Shown: in pieces, positions 28,001 to 35,419 of the stretch
Numbering within the stretch: position 1 is the stretch's first letter
Layout: each line of letters begins with the position of its first letter
DNA from: Chitinophaga pinensis
Lineage (GTDB): Bacteria; Verrucomicrobiota; Verrucomicrobiia; Limisphaerales; JAEYXS01
NCBI GenBank assembly: GCA_943367715.1
Contig: CALRJY020000029.1
Location: 41-64,040, forward strand
Direction of reading: 5' to 3'
Length of the DNA: 64,000 bases
Position numbers and translations under genes: made by a program
The notes under the pieces: generated by a model
Seen by the model: only the letters and a program-made list of their open reading frames with translations
Told to the model about the DNA's origin: nothing
Database searches by the model: none

Positions 28001-30517
28001 GCTGACCACCGTGGACAGATCACCATTCACCAGACCGCTATAACCAGCCGAGAACGTCGGATTGGCCGCACCATAGGTCTTGCTGGTGTTAACCGGGGTG
28101 ATCGTCAACGGAGCCTGATCTATCGTCAGTGTGCTGCTCACTAAAGCGATCCCATACCCCATGTCGGTGAGTGACAGTGTGCCATTCGCCGTGGAGATCG
28201 GCGCTGTGCCGGAACTGGTTCCAGCAGTAGCCGAAGTGGAAAGCGCGGGCGTGCCAGTAATGGCCGCACCCAAGGTGTCGCCGCTCAGCAAGCCACTCAC
28301 TGAATAGGTCAACGCCGGGTTGGCAGCGCCATAAGTCTTGGACTTGCTCTCCGCTGTGAAGGTGAGCACCGGAGCCAAGCTGTAAAGGAAACGATCCCCC
28401 GTCGCACTGATGGTCGCAGGTGCATTCGCATCGTAGGTCTTATTGTAAGTCGTCGCTCCCGTCAGACCGCCCTTGATCGTATTCACCGGAGCATCGCTGT
28501 AAATAAGGTAACGTCCGCTACCGCTCGCCTCCACGGCGGTAGCACCAGAGTTGTTGACGAAACTACCGCCCCGCGCGGCCAGCACAAGGTCACTGGCACC
28601 CGTGTTCTTGACCAATGCCCCAGAACCCAGAGTGAGATTACCGCCCGTGACAATTTCCACCGCACCCGCCACGCCGCTGAAATCACCGTTCACCATCAAG
28701 CCACCCGCGCTATCATACACTTTGAGATTGCCCCCGATTGTGCCCTCATTGCCGATCGTCTCCAGTGCACCGATGGTGTTGTTCACATTGTTGATCAACA
28801 CATCCGCAGCAAAGCCACCGAACTCGCGCGACAGGAAAACGGAACCGGCATTCACCGTGCCAGCAAGGTTTACGGTGCCGACGTTCAGATTGTCCGGCGC
28901 AGCAATCATGCTTTTACCCAACGTCAACGAGCCGACACTGATCGACTTGTTCGCCGCCAGCGAAATGGTGCCCACGGAACTATTCGCCAGGCTGGGCACG
29001 CCGGCATATAGATTCAGGCTGCTGCCCGTGCCACCGCTGATGTTCGCGTTGATGGCGATGGTGTCGCCGGAAGCCAAGGTGAGGCCGGAAGCAGTCGTCC
29101 AGTTCACATCAGCGTTGACGCTGATGCCGTTGTAGCCCGCAGGCCCGCTGGTGTAGATTTCAACATCGGTAAAACCGAGTGTTGAATTCAAAGTGGAAAC
29201 ATTCAGGTAAGACGGGATGGCTCCTGCTTGGAAGTAGCCGCCTTGGTTGAAGATATCCTGACCGGCATCGGTCGTGATGATAATCGAGTCAGGGTCCAGA
29301 AGCAGTCTGCCCTTTTTGCCAAATGGAGCGGAGGTGTCGGCGGTGCCAGAAAAATCAAGCACCCGTTTGCCTGAAACTTCCAGCAAACCGCCGTCCCCGC
29401 CTTCACTCCCACCCTTGGCTAAAATAGTACCTTTGAATTGCGTTGCCCCATCCGCCCAGACAATCGCTTTGCCGCCATTCCCCATCGTAGCATTGGCACT
29501 GACATCGAGCTTCGCCGATTCAGTCACGATGGTAGTGGCCGCGTTCGCCACGGCACTGTTCTTTCCTTGGTAGTCACCGCCGACAAGGATCTCGCCACCG
29601 CTGCCATTGGCGTTATGCGCGCTGATCTCCCCGGAAACTTTCACCTTGCCGCCATCGGCCGTAAGCAACACCCGGCCATTCTTTTCCTCCACGCCGGTGG
29701 CGCGGATGATACCGGATTGGTTCACCGCCAGTTCATAGATGCTGCCGCCTGCAGCTTTCAATTCCGCTTGCGCCGCTTTCATCAGCCCGGAGTTCTCCAC
29801 CCCTTGCTCCAACCCATCCGCCTGCAGACCACTTTTAACCAAAATGCGCTGATCCCCTTGATGGGTGAGCAACACTTCGGAACCGGCAGCCAATCCCGCC
29901 ACGCCTTTGGGCGCATTGATCTCGCCCGCGTTCTTCACTGTGTAGGCGATAAGCATGACGTCGCCATTTTGCGCGTTGATGGTGCCGAGGTTGTGGATGC
30001 CTGCTTTGGAATCACCTGAAAAAAGCAGATTGCCCTGCTTGAGAAAATCATTGTCCGAGATATTCAACGTGGAAGCAAAGAAAGCTCCGACATCGATGCG
30101 ACCTTGTGGGCCGACCACGATGCCATTCGGGTTGATCAGGTAGACTTGGCCATTGGCTTGAAGCTGGCCTAGGATCAAGGACGGATTGCCTCCGAGGACG
30201 CGATTAAGCGTAGCGCTATCGACGCCTGGCTGGATGAAGCGCGTGATGTCACCCGCCTTGATGTCAAACCCCTGCCAGTTGATCACCGCTGCGCCAGTTT
30301 GCTGCTCGATGGTGCGAACGTTGCCGTTCTGTTGGAAAGTCGCCGCACCGACCACTACCTGCGGTGCACCTACGATATCGGCCGCTTGCATCATGCTGGG
30401 CGCCAGCACGAGAAAAACAGCCAGCCAAGTCATCGCCTGCAAAGGCAAGGAAAGCGGGCGAAAACGATAACGACTCTTCTCTTGCTGTGCTGGCGTTGCT
30501 GAACACATTGAGCTCAT
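22073..30517 (-). CDS. giant two-partner-secretion exoprotein (TpsA / filamentous-haemagglutinin-like) with about 20 MBG repeats and a hydrophobic Gly/Ala-rich C-terminus
   Basis: 2814 aa. TPS domain motifs: INWQGFDI, LNRVLGGNPSLILGQL, YLINPNGIVVG. Beta-helix region carries GGDGGLLEVSGK...GRLLLDPD. A long array follows of '..K.YG.ANP.F.A.Y.GLVNGD..SVVSGL...T.A...SGVG.Y.I...GASA.NY.ISY..GTLTI' (MBG/YG-type) repeats. Confidence 0.9.
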   Translation of the reverse strand: MSSMCSATPAQQEKSRYRFRPLSLPLQAMTWLAVFLVLAPSMMQAADIVGAPQVVVGAATFQQNGNVRTIEQQTGAAVINWQGFDIKAGDITRFIQPGVDSATLNRVLGGNPSLILGQLQANGQVYLINPNGIVVGPQGRIDVGAFFASTLNISDNDFLKQGNLLFSGDSKAGIHNLGTINAQNGDVMLIAYTVKNAGEINAPKGVAGLAAGSEVLLTHQGDQRILVKSGLQADGLEQGVENSGLMKAAQAELKAAGGSIYELAVNQSGIIRATGVEEKNGRVLLTADGGKVKVSGEISAHNANGSGGEILVGGDYQGKNSAVANAATTIVTESAKLDVSANATMGNGGKAIVWADGATQFKGTILAKGGSEGGDGGLLEVSGKRVLDFSGTADTSAPFGKKGRLLLDPDSIIITTDAGQDIFNQGGYFQAGAIPSYLNVSTLNSTLGFTDVEIYTSGPAGYNGISVNADVNWTTASGLTLASGDTIAINANISGGTGSSLNLYAGVPSLANSSVGTISLAANKSISVGSLTLGKSMIAAPDNLNVGTVNLAGTVNAGSVFLSREFGGFAADVLINNVNNTIGALETIGNEGTIGGNLKVYDSAGGLMVNGDFSGVAGAVEIVTGGNLTLGSGALVKNTGASDLVLAARGGSFVNNSGATAVEASGSGRYLIYSDAPVNTIKGGLTGATTYNKTYDANAPATISATGDRFLYSLAPVLTFTAESKSKTYGAANPALTYSVSGLLSGDTLGAAITGTPALSTSATAGTSSGTAPISTANGTLSLTDMGYGIALVSSTLTIDQAPLTITPVNTSKTYGAANPTFSAGYSGLVNGDLSTVVSGLLMGTPATASSGVGTYAITGSGASAANYSISYLPGTLTINQAPLTITANNNNKIYGSANPTFSASFGGLVNGDLSTVVSGLALGTTATASSGAGTYPITGSGASAANYSISYSPGVLTIDRALLTITANDASRAFGAANPTFSALYGGLVNGDNSSVVSGLSLATTADAASPVGNYSIIAAGASAANYSISYVPGTLSVANAILTITADNFSRIYGSANPTFTAGYAGFINGDTVSIVSGLQFNTSATINSGIGTYSITPFGASAPNYGINYVAGSLSISPADLVIRANNASRIYGAVDPTFTANYSGLVAGDTAANISGLTLTPAATVTSGVGDYAITASGAANPNYNISYAPGTLTIDKAPLTIAADNKSKTYGAVNPALTATFTGLKNGENDSVVSGLSLATTAATGSGAGNYAITASGASAANYSISYGAGTLTIGKAPLIITANDASRTYGAVNPSFSASYNGLVNSDLSSVVSGLLLGTTATSSTGVGGYPITASGASAVNYNISYAPGTLTINQAPLTITANSLNKTYGSANPTLTASYSGLMNGESSGVVSGLSLGTTATSSTGVGGYAITASGASAANYSISYAPGTLTIDKAPLAITADNQSKIYGSANPTLTASYSGLVNNDLSSVVSGLSIVTAATANSGVGDYGITVSGASAPNYSISYTAGTLSVNPATLTVRADNQTRFYGDANPTFGGTVSGFVLGENTSVLTSLPTYSTTAGLTTGVGGYAITPSGGSAANYNIVRQNGTLTINPAILAVNADNTVRTYGDANPTLTYTVSGLKNGDSADGKFFIFTHGSVAAPNSPVGNYNIIFNGNDTPNDNYSTFFANGTLTVQPRALTIRTDAISREYGLANPAFTATFTGLASFDTPSVIPTLGFNTLATTASGVGDYTVTPTSGNNANYVITRLPSLMSITPAPLTIAAGSLFRDYGDANPTFTPFIAGGSLRNGDTAVGVNLRIVTGATQSSPVGTYNLAGAITSPNYTIVNSVAGSLQILPAILNVTVGNGTRLYGDANPGVSVSATGLKLSDTAAAQVTLTHSATAQAPVGTYSISAVGNSANYQINSVTPGNLQIFPAPLNVTVGNTSRGYGDANPTTAPLTVTGFKFGEAGNTAVQIIHSATLQSSVGSYPITATGINPNYFLSAVTPGALQITPAQLNVRLFNADRIYGDANPTPAFETITGLKFGETFASVVSRGNSATLQSGVGSYPFTATSISPNYQVNSVEGSLRILPAPLNVTAANTTRFYGDPNPATALQSVVGLKFGETPASIVTLNSEASLQQLVGTYDILATSQSPNYQITLVSGTMRVNPRPITLIGNDASKIFGENNPSLSYSVGGSGVASFDNAATLLAGVGVSTTAELTSTVGGYPIAITGPTVPNPNYAVTLQPGTLTVNPRPISLDVQGFTRFYYDANPEVVTTIGGMGLASFDTLADVISWIDKTPALAADIGAYPLFPRILDSHNYDITLRGNLATIVPRNLTIYVDSIKVDEGATVPGFSAVVGNLPTGLTMADVLPNLTYGTVDDAASFRPEVRPVSALTDHPIANPFAAANLSAMEVDADGNILKAPNTAGGLSGLATKFLIFAKDPAPVPPVVLDPDTTFLIPVDFVTGGTLVSRKTITVSGYNENPNYAVTYVSGGRLEVIIPNAATLAAREMEAIAESKAHLEVTTTPPATPFKMPEAFKAPAMQPYLEQAAQTLMAQLISAGDTVTLDLYFKDGISSFLSGFNDDPTRQTMLMGRLSEVVIKYAKLPADQQPPELAFIIQEATIKAKQVKIDQAQEVVRLYDEWLAGPDPSIPQIVNPGDMNLVPNFAHQVKVSYAKDAAIVIGTSLGAGATVGALMCAVPVSAITSAVATGGALSGASLGFTASTTIGAAITATTTSGAGAVSGIGMAVVAPALVAALAVATITIAAVQLAKQPEIKASIAAAQSLAVAAPAGVSLDLNDVDDQAAFTSGFLSFMSGGAL
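23528..28375 (-). repeat. MBG-type repeat array (about 80 aa / 240 bp period, about 20 copies, coding)
   Basis: aa ~715-2330 of TpsA. Neighbouring central copies (e.g. aa 1281-1360 vs 1361-1440) are highly similar; distal copies are more diverged. Confidence 0.8.
29618..30382 (-). other. TPS (haemagglutination-activity) secretion domain of TpsA
   Basis: aa ~46-300 of the TpsA ORF. NPNG(I) and N-x-V-x-G-x-x-x-S motifs are present. Confidence 0.8.
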
Positions 30518-30680
30518 ATTTTAACGGCGCGCATAGTGTGGTCCTAACGACAGACAGCAAGCGCTATCCCTTCCTGAACCATTTAAGGGGGAGAGTTTCG
30601 CAAGAAATGAAGAATCATCCTTATTCGGATGAGGTAAGCTCGCCGGACGGCTAACCCTTTTTTGCCACCAGTCTATCCGC

Positions 30681-33600
30681 TTACTTCAATCGTTCTTTGG
30701 CCGTAGCGAGGCGGCTTAGAAGTGGGACGTCATCGCGATTGAGTGCGAGCAGTCGCTCCAAATGAAAGGCGGCGGTAAACCATTCCCCCTGCATTTCCGC
30801 GACCGCCGAGCAGTGCCGGTGCCAGTCCGTCGGATCGCTGTTCCAGATGAAATCCTGTGGCTGGACCGCCTGCAATCCGGCAAAGGTCTGCGCCAGTTCA
30901 GCCGAGGAAACCATGATCCGGCGGCCTTGGTCATCCAGCTTTACGCCATTGAGGCAAACTGCTAATTGACGCCAAGAATTGGCTGGCCACGCAGCCTGGC
31001 GGAAGTGAAAAAAACTCGTAGCCCCGCGCGCCGAACCGAACAGCAAAGTTTCACCATCAGATGTGAACTGGATCGATTGCGGCGCGTATCCCAAGACCAG
31101 CGGCGGCGCCATCAACTCGCCGCGTGCCGTGTCCCACAGGCGGATAGCATTATCCGCAGCGGAGGTGGCCAACACATTCCTGCCCGGTTGAAAATTCTGG
31201 GTAACTAAAAGGCCACCGTGATGAAAATCCGGCGCGGCCGGGCTGCCATCGCTCACTCGCCAGAGACGCACCACACTGTCCTGACCCGAGGTGACCAGCA
31301 CATCCCCTTTGTTAGAAAACATAGCGCCAGTCACCCCGTCACCATGCCTCAGGGGCGGGCCCAGTGCGCGCAAGGTGGGCAGTTCATACATTTGCGCATA
31401 AGCCGGCTCGATATTGCGGTCATTGAACGCGATCACCATGCGGCCGTTATCCGGACTGAAGCTGACCGCCCGCACTTCGCCGTCAGAGAAAATCGGATCA
31501 CCAACCGGCGTGCCCGTGGCCGCATCCCATACTGTGGCACAATTGACTCCGCCAGCCACTACGATCCAGCGACCATCCGGACTCCAGGTGGAGACGGAAC
31601 CTTTGACGCCATAAGTCCACTGCGCCGACAGCGGGCGGCCATCGGAATAGGTCTTGCGATCCATCACCGGCCCGCTGGCGCAGCGTTCCGCAATACTCCA
31701 CACTTGAGCCGTATTGTTGTCCAATGCCACGAGCAATTTAGTCCCGTCCGGGTTGAAGGCCACGGCGGCCACCGTGCCTAGATCTGGCAGATCAAGCACC
31801 ACCCGGCTGGTCGGGATATCCCAGACCTGCACGCCCTCTTTGCCACAAGCGACTGCAAGCCGACGACCGGAAGCGTCAAAGATCGTCTGCGCTGCCGCCC
31901 CCCTGCTTTTCAACACTTCCCCGACCGGCCGTTGGGCTGCGATATCCCAAAACTGCAACTGGCGGCCGTTGCTGACCAGCACGGCGGATTTCCCGTCCGG
32001 GCTGATGGCTGTCTTACGGGCAAAGGTGGCGCCAGTCGGCACGAAATTCTGCCGGAGAAACAGATCGAACACGCGCACGGTGCCCCACGCATCACCGGTC
32101 GCCAGGAAGCGCCCGTCCGCGCTGAAGGCCAACGCCTCCACCAGCGCGCCATTTTGAAAGGTGGGCAGGGCCTGACGCAGTTCGCGGGTGTAATGTACGC
32201 GCACCTGATAATCAAACCCGGCGGTGGCGAGAAACCGGCCGTCCGGACTGAAGAGCACCCGGTTAGCGCCATTGTGATGGCGGATGGAAAAGCGATACCG
32301 GTTGCCATCTGGAACCGTGCGCACCTCCGCTTGATCATTGAATGCAGCGGTCGCAAAATACTTTCCGTCCGGGCTGAAATCCTGATCCAAGAATGCGCTG
32401 CTGGGCTTGACCTGAAAGAGCTGAGGGCCGCCGTGAGTATCACTGACACGGGTGGACGCACCATCGGCCACCGCCACCCAACGCCCGTCGGCGCTCACCA
32501 GCCTGCCCACATGAGCGATTGGCCCCGTCGTCTGTTTCGGACCGCTTTCCGTCGCGGAGATTTCGCGCCCCGTATCCAACTGCCAGACCCGTTCCCCACC
32601 CGTCCGCATGATCGCGGTGAGCCGCGAGTTATCCGGTGCAAAGGAAAGCGTCACCGGCGTGCCGCGCGCATCCCACATCCTCAACAGATGAGGTGCAAAC
32701 TGCCACGTCAGACTGAGACGCTCCAGACTCTGCGGCATGGCCCCCGCCTCCTGCTGCTCCAAAGCGAGGGCCTCAACCAAAGGCAGCATCGCCGCGTAGC
32801 AATCGTGGTCAGCCGTGAGCAGTGACGCTTCGTGCAAGTGCTGCGATACCAGTTCGCGACGAGTCTCTCGCGCGCTGGCTTCCAAGGCATGGCGGGTCTG
32901 CGAGAGTGAAACATTGAACCACAGTGAGCCTGCCGTAATGATGAGCAGCAGCAACGGCACGAGCACGGCGAGCGCGGCTTTCGCCGGGTGACGGCGCATC
33001 CATTTCACGCCCCGTTCCAAAGAAGTGCTCGCCCGGGCCAGCACCGGTTCACCACGTAACCAATTCTCAAGATCATCCGCCAGAGCAGCCGCGCTGGAAT
33101 AACGGTGCTCGGGATCTTTCTCCAGACATTTGAGACAGATGATCTCCAAATCGATATCCAACGCGGTAGCGCGCCGAAAGGATGGTGCCTCGTCCTCGAT
33201 GATCTGGCGGAGCAACGCCGGCGTGTTCGTGGCGGCAAACGGCAGGTGACCGGCGAGCATTTCGTAAAGCATCGCTCCGAGCCCATACACGTCGGCACCC
33301 ACGGTCACATCACGCGTCTGTCCGAGCGCTTGCTCAGGCGACATATAAGCGGGCGTGCCCAGCACGGCAGCGGAATGGGTGAGATCCCGGCTCTCCTCCA
33401 CCATCTTCGCGAGGCCGAAGTCTGTGAGATGCGGCTCACCATGAGCGTCGAGCAGGATGTTAGTCGGCTTGAGATCGCGATGCAGGACGCCATGCAGATG
33501 GGCGTGATGAACCGCCCGGGCAACCTTCACCAGCAAACGCGCGGCCTCCTCCGGCTTGAAACGCATCTCGACCATCCGCGCCGCCAGCGTGCCGCCTTCG

Positions 33601-34022
33601 ATCAGGCGCATGGAGAAAAAATGCCAGCCGTCGTGATGGCCCACTTCCAGGATGGGAACGATGTTCGGATGGGCCAGCTTGGCGGCTGATTCGGCCTCGG
33701 TGCGGAACCGCTCAACCATCCGGGGCGACGCCAGCTCTCCAGCGGCGATTACCTTGAGCGCCACCATACGGTTCAGTTTTACCTGCCGCGCGCGGAAGAC
33801 GACCCCCATGCCGCCACGCGCAATTTCCCCGAGCAATTCGTAGCCTGCGAACGTACGACGCTGCAACAATTGCTCTGGCGCCTGCAGTTCCACCAACTCC
33901 GCCTCGGAATCCGCCACGGCGTTGATCAGGAGACAGCGCACGCAGAGCGCGTCGGCGGTGGCGTCGGCAAGCGACGCCCCGCAACGCGGGCAAAGTCCTG
34001 ATTTAACGTGCGTGTCCGACAT
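30681..34022 (-). CDS. membrane Ser/Thr protein kinase with CxxC...CxxC motif and WD40/PD40 beta-propeller region (paralog of 7271..11026)
   Basis: ORF extends to 34130. Met at 34022 (MSDTHVKSGLCPRCG...) matches the N-terminus of the paralog. Kinase motifs: GGMGVVFRA, HRDLKPTNIL, DFGLAK, GTPAYMSPE. TM segment ALAVLVPLLLLIITAGSLWF, then many FSPDG-type repeats and a helical C-terminal tail. Confidence 0.85.
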   Translation of the reverse strand: MSDTHVKSGLCPRCGASLADATADALCVRCLLINAVADSEAELVELQAPEQLLQRRTFAGYELLGEIARGGMGVVFRARQVKLNRMVALKVIAAGELASPRMVERFRTEAESAAKLAHPNIVPILEVGHHDGWHFFSMRLIEGGTLAARMVEMRFKPEEAARLLVKVARAVHHAHLHGVLHRDLKPTNILLDAHGEPHLTDFGLAKMVEESRDLTHSAAVLGTPAYMSPEQALGQTRDVTVGADVYGLGAMLYEMLAGHLPFAATNTPALLRQIIEDEAPSFRRATALDIDLEIICLKCLEKDPEHRYSSAAALADDLENWLRGEPVLARASTSLERGVKWMRRHPAKAALAVLVPLLLLIITAGSLWFNVSLSQTRHALEASARETRRELVSQHLHEASLLTADHDCYAAMLPLVEALALEQQEAGAMPQSLERLSLTWQFAPHLLRMWDARGTPVTLSFAPDNSRLTAIMRTGGERVWQLDTGREISATESGPKQTTGPIAHVGRLVSADGRWVAVADGASTRVSDTHGGPQLFQVKPSSAFLDQDFSPDGKYFATAAFNDQAEVRTVPDGNRYRFSIRHHNGANRVLFSPDGRFLATAGFDYQVRVHYTRELRQALPTFQNGALVEALAFSADGRFLATGDAWGTVRVFDLFLRQNFVPTGATFARKTAISPDGKSAVLVSNGRQLQFWDIAAQRPVGEVLKSRGAAAQTIFDASGRRLAVACGKEGVQVWDIPTSRVVLDLPDLGTVAAVAFNPDGTKLLVALDNNTAQVWSIAERCASGPVMDRKTYSDGRPLSAQWTYGVKGSVSTWSPDGRWIVVAGGVNCATVWDAATGTPVGDPIFSDGEVRAVSFSPDNGRMVIAFNDRNIEPAYAQMYELPTLRALGPPLRHGDGVTGAMFSNKGDVLVTSGQDSVVRLWRVSDGSPAAPDFHHGGLLVTQNFQPGRNVLATSAADNAIRLWDTARGELMAPPLVLGYAPQSIQFTSDGETLLFGSARGATSFFHFRQAAWPANSWRQLAVCLNGVKLDDQGRRIMVSSAELAQTFAGLQAVQPQDFIWNSDPTDWHRHCSAVAEMQGEWFTAAFHLERLLALNRDDVPLLSRLATAKERLK

Positions 34023-34145
34023 AGTGGCAGAGCCATAGGATACCTGAACCGGATTCAGGGGCAAAGTTTCGCGAACCGTGCGGATTTCCCGTCTCCACTG
34101 GTGATTTCGGGAAAGGCGGTGCGGCCACAATATCCTTCGCTCGTT

Positions 34146-34994
34146 TCAAGGATTGCCCAACAACGTGATGAGATACTGGATCTCTGCCTCGACTTCGGCA
34201 GGCGATGATACCGTCTGCGCGATCTCCTCCCGGATGAGTTCACCATAGCGGCGCCGCAGCCGGAAGATGGCGGATTTCGTGGCCGCTTCGGAAAGCCCCA
34301 GCCGTGCGGCAACAGTAGCGTAAGAGTCCATGCCACCATTGCCTTGAAGAAAAACCTTCAATGCAGCGAAGCGTTCCGACAGGCCCTCGCGACGCGACTC
34401 CGCTTCCAGCTCAGCCAGCGCGTTGCTGACCACGGCCTGTGCCCAACGCCGGTCATAGAGGGACTCCGCCGAGGCATCATCCATCGGCTCCAACGCATAA
34501 CGCCGCTCGGGTTCCAGTTCATCCCACGAAATGAATTCCGTGCCACCGCCGCGCTTGAGCCGCTGGGAATCACGCCAGTCGTTGGCGAGAAAATGCTTCA
34601 ACGCCCCCAGCAGAAACGTGCGGAACCGCCCCCGTTCCGGTTGCGCCGTCTTCAGCGAATCGCCGACCAGCAAACGCGCGAAGAATTCCTGGGTCAGATC
34701 CTGTGCCTGATGTTCATCGTAGCCACGCCGACGGACAAATACATACAACGGATACCAATACTGACGGCAGAGAATCTCCAAAGCCGGACGCGCCGTATCA
34801 TCACCACCGCCCGCTTCCATTACCAAGCTCCAGCGCGTCGTTTGAAACACCGCGCGTTGCGATAGGGAAGGGTTACTCCCTTCGGCTGATTGGCTGACAA
34901 CTGGCACGCGTAACCTGTAATCAATCTCCCACAGAATATCCAGCACATCCCAACCCCTTGTTTCAGATAGAAAGAAGACCTCATCGGCACGCAA
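34146..34994 (-). CDS. ECF-type sigma-70 family factor (paralog of 6480..7229)
   Basis: YWYPLYVFVRRRGYDEHQAQDLTQEFF (region 2). ATVAARLGLSEAATKSAIFRLRRRYGE (region 4). Start uncertain: the conserved core begins at ..TTRWSLV, and a GTG at 34914 is an alternative to the ATG at 34994. Confidence 0.8.
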   Translation of the reverse strand: MRADEVFFLSETRGWDVLDILWEIDYRLRVPVVSQSAEGSNPSLSQRAVFQTTRWSLVMEAGGGDDTARPALEILCRQYWYPLYVFVRRRGYDEHQAQDLTQEFFARLLVGDSLKTAQPERGRFRTFLLGALKHFLANDWRDSQRLKRGGGTEFISWDELEPERRYALEPMDDASAESLYDRRWAQAVVSNALAELEAESRREGLSERFAALKVFLQGNGGMDSYATVAARLGLSEAATKSAIFRLRRRYGELIREEIAQTVSSPAEVEAEIQYLITLLGNP

Positions 34995-35286
34995 TCCGCA
35001 CCCTCGACTCTAACTGATGGTTCATCAGCAACATACTACACATTCCATCCTTCCCATCTTCGATACTTGCCCACCCGATAGGATAGACGTGAATTCCACC
35101 CCGTTGACCATAAGTCCCACGTAAGGAATTTGAGCGCTAAGACAGGTGCCCCTGATGGAGAGTGCGTCGCAAGGAAGCAAAGCCCCGTCGATATGTTTGC
35201 GAACGAATAACAGCACCCTTGACCAGAGGAATACGCGCAAATTGCAAATCGCTGAGTCAACCTTCTATCACAAGCATAGGTTCTCT

Positions 35287-35314
35287 GCAAGATTCTGCCG
35301 CAGAACGTGTAGCA
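35287..35314. repeat. cassette-tail motif, copy 2 (gcaagattctgccgcagaacgtgtagca)
   Basis: 25/28 identical to 19641..19668. Followed by unrelated sequence leading to the Gfo/Idh/MocA gene. Confidence 0.6.
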
Positions 35315-35419
35315 GCCGACGTGAGGAGGCTCTGACTAAATTTGAGCTTTGGCCATTCTTTGGTGTTTTGATTCTTTGGATTTTGAGTTTTATCCGTATC
35401 TGTGGTTAAAAATCTTCCC

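Noticed and set aside
20313-30517. Classical contact-dependent inhibition (cdiBAI) locus
   Set aside because: No VENN/pre-toxin motif was seen. The gene order is A then B. No small immunity-like ORF follows tpsA or tpsB. It is kept only as an atypical TPS system.
34940-34965. TGAAAC element upstream of an alternative GTG start of sigma 2, as an autoregulatory ECF promoter
   Set aside because: No matching CGT-type -10 lies at the right spacing, and no equivalent exists upstream of sigma 1. It depends on an unverified alternative start codon.
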